24,000 nucleotides of DNA from Methanocaldococcus vulcanius M7 (GTDB taxonomy: Archaea > AGJL01 > Methanococci > Methanococcales > Methanocaldococcaceae), in assembly GCF_000024625.1 (NCBI RefSeq), contig NC_013407.1, positions 1,559,928 to 1,583,927 on the forward strand. Reading direction: 5' to 3'. The notes below the pieces were generated by a model. It saw only the letters and a program-made list of their open reading frames with translations. It did no database searches and was not told the DNA's origin. The translations under genes and the position numbers were made by a program. Each line of letters opens with the position of its first letter. Within the stretch, counting starts at the first letter, position 1. Below, one piece after another: positions 1 to 8,674 of this stretch.

Positions 1-197
1 ATTAACTTCACATCTGGAATTCCGTACGTGTCTCTTAATATCAAACCAATCTGTGCTGATTGATAACCTTTCTTAGCCAACTCGATAACTAACTCTTCTA
101 CCTGCTCCGGTGTATAATTGACCCATTCAGGAACTTCCTCCCTGACAGGCCTCTTTGAACCGGAGCGACCTCTTTTTCTTGCGTGCATTCTTGCCAT
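1..197 (-). CDS. rps15: 30S ribosomal protein S15 (uS15, S13e-type), N-terminal part; gene runs off the left edge
   Basis: Minus-strand ATG at 197-195. The translation [65 protein letters not shown]... is the typical archaeal S15 N-terminus. GAGGTGAT ribosome-binding motif at 201-208. Frame is open to position 1. Absent from the ORF track because it is truncated. Confidence 0.85.
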   Translation of the reverse strand, partial: MARMHARKRGRSGSKRPVREEVPEWVNYTPEQVEELVIELAKKGYQSAQIGLILRDTYGIPDVKL

Positions 198-223
198 TCT
201 ATCACCTCTCGATGGTCGCCAGT

Positions 224-290
224 CCAAAGAGACATTTTTTATTTTTTAATGTTTTATTTGGAATTAATTTATCTTCAGGTGTCTCTTTGG
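224..290. repeat. Perfect 11-bp inverted repeat CCAAAGAGACA (224-234) / TGTCTCTTTGG (280-290) around a 45-nt AT-rich spacer, in the rps15-sufC divergent intergenic region
   Basis: Read directly from the sequence; the two arms are exact reverse complements. Confidence 0.7.
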
Positions 291-422
291 CTGTTTTGAT
301 AATCTATTTTCTTACTTTATCGCTACGCGATGGTAATCTTTTTATGCAGAAAATCCATTATAAAATATATCGCTTTTAATGAACATACATTATAGAGATA
401 TATATAGTTTTTGGTGAGCACC

Positions 423-1163
423 ATGTTATTAAAAATCGAGAATTTACACGTATGTAGAGGAAAAAGAGAGATTTTGAAAGGGGTAAACTTAGACGTAAAA
501 GAAAATGAAATTCATGCAATAATCGGGCCAAATGGAGCAGGAAAATCAACACTTGCTTATACGTTAATGGGAATTTCTGGCTATTCTCCAAGCAAGGGGA
601 ATATAATATTTAAAGGAGAGAGAATTAATGAAAAAAACATTACAGAAAGAGCAAGGATGGGAATGACCTTAGCATGGCAAGAACCTGCAAGATTTGAAGG
701 GATAAAGGTTAAAAATTATTTAACACTTGGAATGAAAGAAACATACAAAAAAGATAAAGAAACTATGGAAAAAAAGATCAGAGAGGCATTAAAATTAGTA
801 AACTTAGATCCAGATAAGTATTTAGATAGATACGTTGATGAAACATTGAGTGGTGGAGAAAGGAAAAGGATAGAATTGGCATCAATAGTTTGCATGGAGC
901 CAGATCTTGCAATATTAGATGAGCCAGATAGTGGAATAGATATAGTTTCTTTTGACGAAATTAAGAGAGTTTTTGATTATCTAAAAGACAGAGGATGTTC
1001 CTTATTGGTAATAACACATAGAGAGGAGTTAGCAGAACATGCCGATAGGGTCTCTTTAATATGTGCAGGAGAAGTAATAAAAAGCGGAAACCCAAAAGAA
1101 GTCGGAGAGTTTTATAAAAAAGAATGTGGAAAATGCTATAAAAAAGTTCCTGAAGGAAAATAA
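423..1163 (+). CDS. sufC: SufC-type Fe-S cluster assembly ABC ATPase
   Basis: Walker A GPNGAGKST, ABC signature LSGGERKR, Walker B LAILDEPDSGID, H-loop ITH. ATG 423 preferred over the TTG at 411 because GGTGA (413-417) lies just upstream. Followed by a SufB/D gene. Confidence 0.9.
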   Translation: MLLKIENLHVCRGKREILKGVNLDVKENEIHAIIGPNGAGKSTLAYTLMGISGYSPSKGNIIFKGERINEKNITERARMGMTLAWQEPARFEGIKVKNYLTLGMKETYKKDKETMEKKIREALKLVNLDPDKYLDRYVDETLSGGERKRIELASIVCMEPDLAILDEPDSGIDIVSFDEIKRVFDYLKDRGCSLLVITHREELAEHADRVSLICAGEVIKSGNPKEVGEFYKKECGKCYKKVPEGK

Positions 1164-1293
1164 ACTTTTGTGAAATAATCTACACCTCCGAGTGAAGCGA
1201 GGAGGTGTTGTAGGTATCGCAATAGGAGTTTCTCCTATGCTGAGGGAAATGCTATAAAAAAGTTCCTGAAGGAAAATAAACTTTTGTGAAATA
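1131..1293 (+). repeat. Perfect 47-bp direct repeat (1131-1177 = 1247-1293, period 116 bp) duplicating the last 10 codons, the stop and 14 nt of 3' flank of sufC
   Basis: Character-by-character comparison: AAATGCTATAAAAAAGTTCCTGAAGGAAAATAAACTTTTGTGAAATA occurs twice. Weaker similarity (TGnGGn) extends 6 nt further to the left. Confidence 0.95.
1178..1246 (+). other. 69-nt GC-enriched insert between the two repeat copies, folding into two hairpins; candidate small structured RNA or element remnant
   Basis: Hairpin 1: ACACCTCC (1182-1189) / GGAGGTGT (1201-1208) with an 11-nt loop, extendable by ATCT/AGGT across a 3-nt bulge. Hairpin 2: GCAATAGGAG (1219-1228) / CTCCTATGC (1232-1240) with a TTT loop and one bulged A. 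I count 35 of 69 G+C, against clearly AT-rich flanks. Confidence 0.35.
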
Positions 1294-1381
1294 TAACACG
1301 ATTAAGGAAATCAATATTATCCTTACCCAAATCATATACTTCACAATTGATCAAAAATAAATGATTAATAGACGTGAGAAA

Positions 1382-2332
1382 ATGAGCATCAAAGAGGAAT
1401 TAATGGAGATAATTGAAGCGATTAAATACACATCTGAAAAACCCGAAGAGATCGTTCATGGGAAAGGGCCGAGAATCATCGTTAAGGAAAGTAAGATAAT
1501 AGATGTTCAGGGAGATGAAGGAATCATCTTAGAAGGAAAAGAAGAAAATGGAGTTATAAAAACAAAAATAATAGTTAAAAAAGGTTATAAATTCAAATAT
1601 CCAATACATATGTGCTTTGGTATAACCGAAGAGAATACATCTCAAATAATAGACGTGGAGATTATTTTAGAAGAAGATAGTTCCATCTCATTAATGTCTC
1701 ACTGTTCATTTCCGAAAGGAAAAGGAATTAAGCATATAATGAACGGCATTATAAAGATTGGGAAGAATGCAAGATTTTCCTACAACGAATTCCACTATCA
1801 TGGAATAGATGGGGAGATCTTAGTTAAACCAAGTATGAAAGTGGAGATAGAAGAAGGCGGAATTTACATCTCAAACTTTACATTAACAAAAGGAAGGATA
1901 GGTGTGTTGGATATTGATCAAGAAATTATTGCCGGAAAAGACGCTATAATTGACATAACAACAAGAACTTATGCAATAAAAGAAGATGTGGTTAAAGTAA
2001 ATGAAGTTGTAAAACTAAATGGAGAGAATGCAAAATGTATCATAAAAAGTAGAGGAGCATCAATGGATAATGCAAAGATAAGCTTAAAATTAAAGATAGA
2101 AGGAAACGCTCCATACAGTAAAGGGCATATCGATTGTGCTGAAATAGTTAAAGGAAACGCAGAAGTTGAATCAATTCCGATAGTCGTTGTTAGGGATGAT
2201 AAAGCAAGAATAACCCATGAAGCAGCAATTGGAAGTGTGGATAAAAAACAACTTGAGACCTTAATGGCAAAAGGGTTAGACGAAGACGAAGCAACCGAAA
2301 TAATCGTTAAAGGAATGATCGGAGACCTCTAA
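1382..2332 (+). CDS. SufB/SufD-family Fe-S cluster assembly protein
   Basis: C-terminal motif ARITHEAAIGSVDKKQLETLMAKGLDEDEATEIIVKGM is typical of SufB/D; sits next to sufC. ATG 1382 (MSIKEEL) is preferred over ATG 1361, but the start is uncertain. Confidence 0.85.
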   Translation: MSIKEELMEIIEAIKYTSEKPEEIVHGKGPRIIVKESKIIDVQGDEGIILEGKEENGVIKTKIIVKKGYKFKYPIHMCFGITEENTSQIIDVEIILEEDSSISLMSHCSFPKGKGIKHIMNGIIKIGKNARFSYNEFHYHGIDGEILVKPSMKVEIEEGGIYISNFTLTKGRIGVLDIDQEIIAGKDAIIDITTRTYAIKEDVVKVNEVVKLNGENAKCIIKSRGASMDNAKISLKLKIEGNAPYSKGHIDCAEIVKGNAEVESIPIVVVRDDKARITHEAAIGSVDKKQLETLMAKGLDEDEATEIIVKGMIGDL

Positions 2333-2360
2333 CTGAAAATAACTATCATTAACTAAATTC

Positions 2361-2416
2361 GGCGATGATGACAATTTCGCTATCTGAACAATGATGACTA
2401 CTCCCGCAACTGAGCC
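2361..2416 (+). ncRNA. C/D box sRNA (2'-O-methylation guide)
   Basis: Textbook archaeal layout. GGC stem (2361-2363), C box ATGATGA (2365-2371), 12-nt guide (2372-2383), D' box CTGA (2384-2387), 3-nt spacer. Then C' box ATGATGA (2391-2397), 12-nt guide (2398-2409), D box CTGA (2410-2413), GCC stem (2414-2416). Followed by a T-run. Confidence 0.85.
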
Positions 2417-2419
2417 ACT

Positions 2420-2429
2420 TTTTATAAAA
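2420..2429 (+). promoter_or_regulatory. Possible TATA box (TTTATAAAA) for the downstream DUF447-like gene
   Basis: Matches the Methanococcales TTTATATA-type box; lies about 85 nt upstream of the proposed TTG start. Confidence 0.35.
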
Positions 2430-2510
2430 CCATATATATCTATTTTATTAATTTTATCAAGTTTTATTTACTGTTATTTTATTTTACTAACCTCTTGGGG
2501 GTGTTCTAAT

Positions 2511-3119
2511 TTGATAAATGAAGTTATCATAACAACAAAAAAAGGTAAAAGAAATAACAAAGCACCAATAGGAGTTTATTTTAAAGATAGAGATAAAGAA
2601 GTAGTTATGCATCTTTTTTATGGATCTCATACCTTTGAAAATATGACAAAAGAGGACTATTTTGCAGTGAACATAACCCCTCCTCTCGAAATAGCAAAAG
2701 CTGTTTTAGATGATGAAGATGAATATGATCTCTTTAAAGAAATTCCTTACTTAAAAAAAGCCCAATGCGTAAAATTCTACCGCATTATTAATCGACAGTT
2801 AATTACTAAAAAAGATGAATTCGGAGAAAATAAACTTATGATAATTAAAGGAGAAAAAATAGGAGAAAAGATACTAAGTCGAGATATATACATTTACAAC
2901 AGAGCAGATGGGCTGTTAGTTGAAACTGCCATTCTATACTCACGACTAACCTCCAAACATATAAATATGGACAAAAACAAAAAAAATGAAATGATAAAAG
3001 AAATATGTAAGTATTTCCAAATAATAAAAAAAGTGGGGAATAAAGAGCATAAAAACGTTGCTATGAAGATTATAAACAACTTAAAAGAAAGATATGGAGA
3101 GATGAACTTAGAATTTTAA
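2511..3119 (+). CDS. DUF447-like protein (FMN-binding split-barrel-like fold family)
   Basis: N-terminus INEVIITTKKGKRNNKAPIGVYF...LFYGSHTFENM resembles the DUF447 / split-barrel opening motif, recalled from memory. Proposed TTG start at 2511 follows GGGGGTG (2497-2503). The track start at 2391 lies inside the C' box of the sRNA, and the first 40 codons look like promoter sequence. Confidence 0.55.
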   Translation: MINEVIITTKKGKRNNKAPIGVYFKDRDKEVVMHLFYGSHTFENMTKEDYFAVNITPPLEIAKAVLDDEDEYDLFKEIPYLKKAQCVKFYRIINRQLITKKDEFGENKLMIIKGEKIGEKILSRDIYIYNRADGLLVETAILYSRLTSKHINMDKNKKNEMIKEICKYFQIIKKVGNKEHKNVAMKIINNLKERYGEMNLEF

Positions 3120-3176
3120 TTAGTTAATTTAAAACTAAATTGTTAAGAATAAAAACAAAATCAATGCGTGATCATT

Positions 3177-3806
3177 ATGTCAATCTTTTTCTTTGAAAGA
3201 AACAGCGAAAAAAACATAATAAACAACCTGCGACTAATGATTCAAAAATCATTAAAAGGTCTTGAACTTTTAAAATACTATATGAAAACGAGGGATAAAA
3301 AAATACTTGCTGAAATTATAAAAATAGAAGAAGAAGGAGACGAAATCACTAAAACCATAAGAATAAACTTAGAAGAGGCCTTTCTTCCAAATATGAGGAG
3401 GGAGTTATCAAGATCTGCTGAATTGCTGGATGAAACATTGGATAGTTTAAAACATGCCGCAATGCTTTACGAACTATTAAAAACGGACTTTGACGAATAT
3501 CTAAATAACGAGATAACCATTATCTTAAAAATAACTGTTGAGATGTTTAAATATCTCGAAGAGGTTTTAAACATTATAGAAAATGGAGGAACATTAGATC
3601 CCACAATAAAAGAGATTAAAGATCGGGAGAAATTTATAGATGACATATATCAAAACAGAATCTACAAATATCTAATAAATCTTGAAGTAAAATCATTCTG
3701 GGAAGGAAAGATCATATGCGATTTTATCGATAATGTGGTAAATATAAGCGATTATATTGAAGATGTAGCAGATGAGCTTCACATCATCTACCTACACATA
3801 AAATAA
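3177..3806 (+). CDS. DUF47 / PhoU-like phosphate-transport regulator family protein
   Basis: All-helical about 210 aa protein (…IIKIEEEGDEITKTIRINLEEAFLPNMRRE…) directly upstream of a PiT transporter, the classic DUF47-PiT pairing. ATG 3177 is preceded by GTGAT. Confidence 0.75.
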   Translation: MSIFFFERNSEKNIINNLRLMIQKSLKGLELLKYYMKTRDKKILAEIIKIEEEGDEITKTIRINLEEAFLPNMRRELSRSAELLDETLDSLKHAAMLYELLKTDFDEYLNNEITIILKITVEMFKYLEEVLNIIENGGTLDPTIKEIKDREKFIDDIYQNRIYKYLINLEVKSFWEGKIICDFIDNVVNISDYIEDVADELHIIYLHIK

Positions 3807-3864
3807 TCAAATAAACTGCAACAAATAAAAAACAAATAAAAAAGAAACCTCAGAGAAAAACAGG

Positions 3865-4755
3865 GTGATTTTCATAGGAATAAATTTAGAAATGATCATT
3901 AGCTTTTACCTCCTCTTCATTCTTGGGGCAAACAACGTTGCCAATGCCATAGGAACTGCATACGCTTCAAGAGCAACATCCTATAGAAACTTGTTAATAT
4001 TATTTAGCATTTCAGTAATAATAGGATCTCTCTGCGCTAAAAATGTAGGAGATACAGTCAACAGCTTATCCACAAATGCAACAATCGCCTTAACAATAAC
4101 TGCGATAGTTATGACTCTATCCACCTATAAAAAAATCCCAATCTCCCTACACACAATAATCATCTGCTCGTTAATAGGTCTCACATCTAACTACAACAAC
4201 CTTTACAAATTTGGAGAAATACTGCTAAGTTGGATCATCTCCCCAATTATTGCTCTAACAATAGCTTATCTTTTATACATAATTTATGAGAAGATAAACA
4301 TTCCCACAATTAAAAAAATAAATATGACAAGGATTTTCTTACTACTAAGTGCGGCAATAGTTGCATTTAACTTAGGAAGCAATGACCTCCCCACAATATT
4401 AGGAACATGGACAACTTCACAATCAATCTTTTTAATAGGAGCAATTTTTTTATGCTTAGGAGCTTGCCTTTATGGAAACAAGATCTCAGAAACCATCTCG
4501 ACAATAACAAATCTAAGTGTTAGATCTGCTTTTATAGCACAACTCTCAGGAGGATTAGCAGTTACAATATTTACAGCACTTGGAATGCCTGTTTCAACAA
4601 CCCAGGCAATAGTGGGAGGGATCTTAGGGGTTGGATTAACAAAAGGGATAAAAACCGTGCGTTGGAAAGTTTTAAAAAGGATAATATTTTGGTGGACAGT
4701 TGCTCCAATACTTGCATTAATCTTTGGATTTTTTGTTGGAAGGTTGATAAAATGA
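3865..4755 (+). CDS. PiT-family inorganic phosphate transporter
   Basis: Signature GANNVANAIGTAY near the N-terminus and a second copy GSNDLPTILGT, with multiple TM helices. GTG 3865 gives a full-length first TM helix; ATG 3892 is the alternative start. Confidence 0.85.
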   Translation: MIFIGINLEMIISFYLLFILGANNVANAIGTAYASRATSYRNLLILFSISVIIGSLCAKNVGDTVNSLSTNATIALTITAIVMTLSTYKKIPISLHTIIICSLIGLTSNYNNLYKFGEILLSWIISPIIALTIAYLLYIIYEKINIPTIKKINMTRIFLLLSAAIVAFNLGSNDLPTILGTWTTSQSIFLIGAIFLCLGACLYGNKISETISTITNLSVRSAFIAQLSGGLAVTIFTALGMPVSTTQAIVGGILGVGLTKGIKTVRWKVLKRIIFWWTVAPILALIFGFFVGRLIK

Positions 4756-5345
4756 ATAAAATAGATGATATTGAGCAGGAACTTTTAGAACATTTAAAAA
4801 ACTGTAAAAAACTTGTAATAATGGGATTAGGAAATGAATTAAAGGGAGATGATTTTGTAGGAATATACATTATAAAAAAACTTGTTAACCACTACAACAC
4901 AAATAAAGAAAAAAATAAAAAAAACGAAGAAAAAGACAGCGAATTTGAAGTATTCAAATTAAGGAATTTATGTATCATAAATGCAGGAACAGTTCCTGAT
5001 TTTTTTACAGATATAATAAAAGAAGAAAACCCCTCTCACTTATTAATAGTGGACTGTGCAATAATGGAAAAAAACCCCGGAGATGTTGAAATAATAGAAG
5101 AATATCGAATAAAAAACTTCAACCTATCCACTCACACCCTCCCAATAAACGTTATAATTAAATATATAAAAAAATTTATTGATGTGAAAGTTATAATTCT
5201 TGGAATTCAGCCAAAAATAGTGGATTTCTGCCCTATGTCCAGCGAAGTTGAAGAAACAGGTAAAAACCTCACAGAAATCCTTATCAAAATAATAGATAAA
5301 CTAAACCTAACTGGTGTCTACCATGATTATAAAAATAAAAGTTAA
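4752..5345 (+). CDS. hycI: Hydrogenase maturation endopeptidase (HycI-type)
   Basis: GLGNELKGDDFVG motif (GxGNxxxGDDGxG), C-terminal ILGIQP and STHTLP motifs. ATG 4752 overlaps the PiT stop as ATGA. The track start 4662 lies inside the PiT gene. Confidence 0.8.
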   Translation: MNKIDDIEQELLEHLKNCKKLVIMGLGNELKGDDFVGIYIIKKLVNHYNTNKEKNKKNEEKDSEFEVFKLRNLCIINAGTVPDFFTDIIKEENPSHLLIVDCAIMEKNPGDVEIIEEYRIKNFNLSTHTLPINVIIKYIKKFIDVKVIILGIQPKIVDFCPMSSEVEETGKNLTEILIKIIDKLNLTGVYHDYKNKS

Positions 5346-7629
5346 AGGAATAGTTCAAGGGGTAGGTTTTCGTCCATTCGTTTATAGAATTGCTAAAAAA
5401 AATCAACTCAGGGGTTATGTAAAAAATATGGGAAACTACGTTGAGATAGTAGTTGAAGGGAAAGAAGAAGATATTAAAAATTTTATCAACGAACTAAAAA
5501 ATAAAAAACCGCCACTATCAAAAATAGACGAACTTACAATAGAAAAACTCCATCAAAGTAAAAAAACATTTGAAAACTTTAAAATCATAAAAAGTGAAAC
5601 AAACGAAGAAGAAGAGGAAGGAACAATCCCTGCAGATGTTGCTATTTGCGAAGATTGCTTAAAAGAAATGTTCGATAAAAAAGACAGAAGATACAGATAC
5701 CCATTTATTGCATGCACGAATTGCGGAGCACGATTTACAATAGTAGAAAAACTTCCATACGATAGAGAAAACACATCAATGAGGGACTTTCCACTCTGCA
5801 ATGCCTGCCTAAGAGAATACGAAGATCCAATGGATAGAAGATTTCATGCCCAAGCAACTTGCTGTCCAGCATGCGGACCATACGTATACCTAACCGATGG
5901 AAAAGAAGTAATCGCAGAAAAAGACGATGCAGTTAAAGAGGCGGTTAAACTACTTGAAGAAGGGAAAATACTTGCAATAAAAGGTATTGGCGGAACACAC
6001 CTTACTTGTAAAGTTGGAGATGATGAAACTGTCTTAGAACTAAGAAAAAGATTGGGAAGAGAGAGCCAACCATTTGCAGTTATGAGTAAAATAGAGCATA
6101 TCAAAAAATTTGCAGAACTTGAAGAGGATGAAAAAAAGGCACTAACCTCACCAAGAAGGCCAATAGTAGTTTTAAATAAAAATCAGAACTATGATAACTA
6201 CTTTTCAAAATACGTATCAAACTTAGATACAATCGGAGTAATGCTTCCATACAGTGGACTACACTACCTTCTGTTTGATAACGAAATTGCATATGTAATG
6301 ACCTCAGCAAACCTACCCGGGCTTCCAATGGTAAAAGACAACGATCAAATCCTAAAAAAACTTAATAACATTGCTGATTACTTTCTCTTACATAATCGAA
6401 GAATCGTAAACAGATGTGATGATAGCGTAGTTAAAAAAGTAGGAGATAATATAGTTTTCTTACGAAGATCGAGAGGGTATGCTCCAGAACCCATAAAGAT
6501 CAATCTTGAAAATGAAAATACAAAAAATATACTCTGCGTTGGGGCTGAGTTGAATTCAACCGCCTGCCTCGTCAAAAAAAACAAACTATACTTAACCCAA
6601 CATATAGGAAACACATCAAAATATGAAACATTTAATTATTTAAAAGATGCAATAAGTAGTATTTTAAAATTAACAAACACAAACAAGATCGATGCAATTG
6701 TTTGCGATCTTCATCCCCACTACAACTCAACAAAATTAGCAGAAGAACTCTCAAAATCCCAAAACATAGATCTGATCAAAATACAACACCACTTCGCTCA
6801 CGCATATGGGTTATTAGGAGATAACAACTTTTTCGAAGATGCAATTATACTGGCAATGGATGGTGTGGGGTATGGATTAGATGGAAACATCTGGGGAGGA
6901 GAAGTTATATTATTCAAAAATGGAAAAATGGAGAGAATAGGACATTTAGAAGAGCAATACCAATTAGGTGGGGATTTAGCTACAAAATATCCTTTAAGAA
7001 TGCTACTCTCAATACTCTATAAAGCAATTGGAGACGATGCCTTTGAATATATAAAAACATACAACTTCTTTTCTGAAAAGGAATTGAACATACTTAAATT
7101 TCAAATAGAAAGAAAAATAAACTGTCCAAAAACCACATCAACAGGGAGGGTTTTAGATGCAATCTCCGCGCTACTAAACATCTGCCTAAAAAAAACCTAC
7201 GATGGAGAACCAAGCATAAGATTAGAACCCCTCGCAACCCAATACAAAAAAAACATGACAGGAGAAATAGAAACAATCCCTCCAAAAATAAAAAATAATA
7301 TCTTAAATACCACATATCTAATAAAAAAATCTTATGAAATGCTATTAAACGGAGAAAATAAAGAAAAAATAGCATATCTCGCTCACATATATATAGCAGA
7401 CGGAATGTTCAACATTGCAAAAAAAATAGCGAAAAAATATGGTATAGAGAGCATAGGTATAACAGGAGGTGTTGCATACAACAGAATAATAACCGAACAC
7501 ATAATAAAAAATGCAAAAAAAGAAGGGTATAATTTTTTACAGCATAAAAGAGTCCCAAGCGGAGACGGAGGAATTAGCTTTGGACAGGGGATATCTTATC
7601 TATTAACCCAGCTATTCAATGAGGGATAA
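5323..7629 (+). CDS. hypF: [NiFe]-hydrogenase maturation carbamoyltransferase HypF
   Basis: Acylphosphatase domain [18 protein letters not shown]. Two zinc-finger pairs CEDC...CTNCG and CNAC...CPACG. YrdC-like and Kae1-like C-terminal domains (GGVAYN). GGTG lies 7 nt upstream of ATG 5323. Overlaps the hycI 3' end by 23 nt. Confidence 0.95.
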   Translation: MIIKIKVKGIVQGVGFRPFVYRIAKKNQLRGYVKNMGNYVEIVVEGKEEDIKNFINELKNKKPPLSKIDELTIEKLHQSKKTFENFKIIKSETNEEEEEGTIPADVAICEDCLKEMFDKKDRRYRYPFIACTNCGARFTIVEKLPYDRENTSMRDFPLCNACLREYEDPMDRRFHAQATCCPACGPYVYLTDGKEVIAEKDDAVKEAVKLLEEGKILAIKGIGGTHLTCKVGDDETVLELRKRLGRESQPFAVMSKIEHIKKFAELEEDEKKALTSPRRPIVVLNKNQNYDNYFSKYVSNLDTIGVMLPYSGLHYLLFDNEIAYVMTSANLPGLPMVKDNDQILKKLNNIADYFLLHNRRIVNRCDDSVVKKVGDNIVFLRRSRGYAPEPIKINLENENTKNILCVGAELNSTACLVKKNKLYLTQHIGNTSKYETFNYLKDAISSILKLTNTNKIDAIVCDLHPHYNSTKLAEELSKSQNIDLIKIQHHFAHAYGLLGDNNFFEDAIILAMDGVGYGLDGNIWGGEVILFKNGKMERIGHLEEQYQLGGDLATKYPLRMLLSILYKAIGDDAFEYIKTYNFFSEKELNILKFQIERKINCPKTTSTGRVLDAISALLNICLKKTYDGEPSIRLEPLATQYKKNMTGEIETIPPKIKNNILNTTYLIKKSYEMLLNGENKEKIAYLAHIYIADGMFNIAKKIAKKYGIESIGITGGVAYNRIITEHIIKNAKKEGYNFLQHKRVPSGDGGISFGQGISYLLTQLFNEG

Positions 7630-7630
7630 A

Positions 7631-8638
7631 ATGTACATAACAACCCCAAGATACACCATAATAGAAGACAACGCCATAGAAAAAATAGAAACAGTCCTTA
7701 ACAAACTCAATTTAAAAAATCCAATAATTATAACTGGAAAAACTACAAAAAAATACTGCAAATTCAACTACGATATTGAATACTACAACGAAATACTAAC
7801 CAACAATAAAATAGAACAAAAAAAATACTCACACTACGACTGTGTAATTGGAGTGGGAGGAGGAAAAGCCATTGATGTAGGGAAATATCTCTCATACATA
7901 TTAAAAGTTCCATTTATAAGTGTTCCAACCACAGCATCAAACGACGGTATCGCATCTCCAATAATATCAATAAAACAGCCCTCTTTTATGGCAGAGGCAC
8001 CAATGGCAATAATCGCAGACACTCGAATAATAAAAAAATCTCCAAAAAGATTATTAAGTGCAGGGATGGGAGATATTGTTTCAAACATAACCGCAGTTTT
8101 GGATTGGAAACTTGCACATAAAGAAAAAGGAGAAAAATACAGTGAAAGCTCAGCTATATTTTCAAAAACAATAGCAAAAGAACTGATTACTTATGTAATA
8201 AATTCAGATCTTAGCGATTATGCAGACAAACTTGTTAAGGCATTAGTGGGGAGTGGAATAGCAATAGCAATTGCAAACTCTTCAAGACCCGCATCAGGAA
8301 GCGAACATCTCTTCTCTCATGCAATAGATAAACTAAAAAAAGAATATGATCTAAATATAAAATCACTACACGGAGAACAATGTGGAGTAGGAACAATAAT
8401 AATGAGCTATCTACATGAAAAAGAGAACAAAAACCTAACAGGAACCTGCCAAATAATAAAACAAGCACTAAAAAAAGTTAAAGCCCCTACAACTGCAAAA
8501 GAACTTAAAATAGATGAAGACATTATAATAGAAGCACTCACAATTGCACACAAAATAAGAAATCGATGGACAATTCTAAGAAACGGAATAGATAGAAAAA
8601 CTGCAATAGAAATATTGGAAGAAACCGAAGTGATTTAA
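7631..8638 (+). CDS. egsA: sn-glycerol-1-phosphate dehydrogenase
   Basis: [38 protein letters not shown] and LHGEQCG motifs of archaeal G1PDH. ATG 7631 ([13 protein letters not shown]) is preceded by GAGGGA and starts 2 nt after the hypF stop. Confidence 0.9.
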   Translation: MYITTPRYTIIEDNAIEKIETVLNKLNLKNPIIITGKTTKKYCKFNYDIEYYNEILTNNKIEQKKYSHYDCVIGVGGGKAIDVGKYLSYILKVPFISVPTTASNDGIASPIISIKQPSFMAEAPMAIIADTRIIKKSPKRLLSAGMGDIVSNITAVLDWKLAHKEKGEKYSESSAIFSKTIAKELITYVINSDLSDYADKLVKALVGSGIAIAIANSSRPASGSEHLFSHAIDKLKKEYDLNIKSLHGEQCGVGTIIMSYLHEKENKNLTGTCQIIKQALKKVKAPTTAKELKIDEDIIIEALTIAHKIRNRWTILRNGIDRKTAIEILEETEVI

Positions 8639-8674
8639 TAATAATCTAACTTAAATCGAACTTTAAAAATTTGA

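Noticed and set aside
155-591. ORFs 155-379 (+) and 376-591 (-)
   Set aside because: Low-complexity translations in the promoter region or antisense to sufC; no motifs and no ribosome sites.
1178-1246. Reading the twin-hairpin element as a C/D box sRNA (GTGAAGC as C box, CTGA at 1240-1243 as D box)
   Set aside because: The C-box match is poor and there are no internal D'/C' boxes, in contrast to the clean sRNA at 2361-2416. No H/ACA features were seen on either strand.
2391-2510. N-terminal 40 codons of the 242-aa ORF (MMTTPATEPLF...)
   Set aside because: The ATG is the C' box of the C/D sRNA. The stretch also contains the D box, a T-run and a TATA-like box. A TTG at 2511 with a GGGGGTG ribosome site starts the conserved part of the protein.
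4662-4751. Upstream extension of the hycI ORF, and the TTG 411 / GTG 5314 / ATG 7619 / GTG 3168 alternative starts
   Set aside because: The extensions overlap the preceding gene or lack a ribosome site. Downstream ATGs sit right after GGTG/GAGG motifs and begin the conserved N-termini.
5553-8468. Antisense ORFs inside hypF and egsA. The same applies to 2894-3079, 4571-4870, 16972-17283, 17820-18625, 19754-20295 and 23323-23892.
   Set aside because: They are shadow ORFs opposite well-supported genes, with Leu/Ser/Phe-rich low-complexity translations typical of antisense AT-rich coding DNA.
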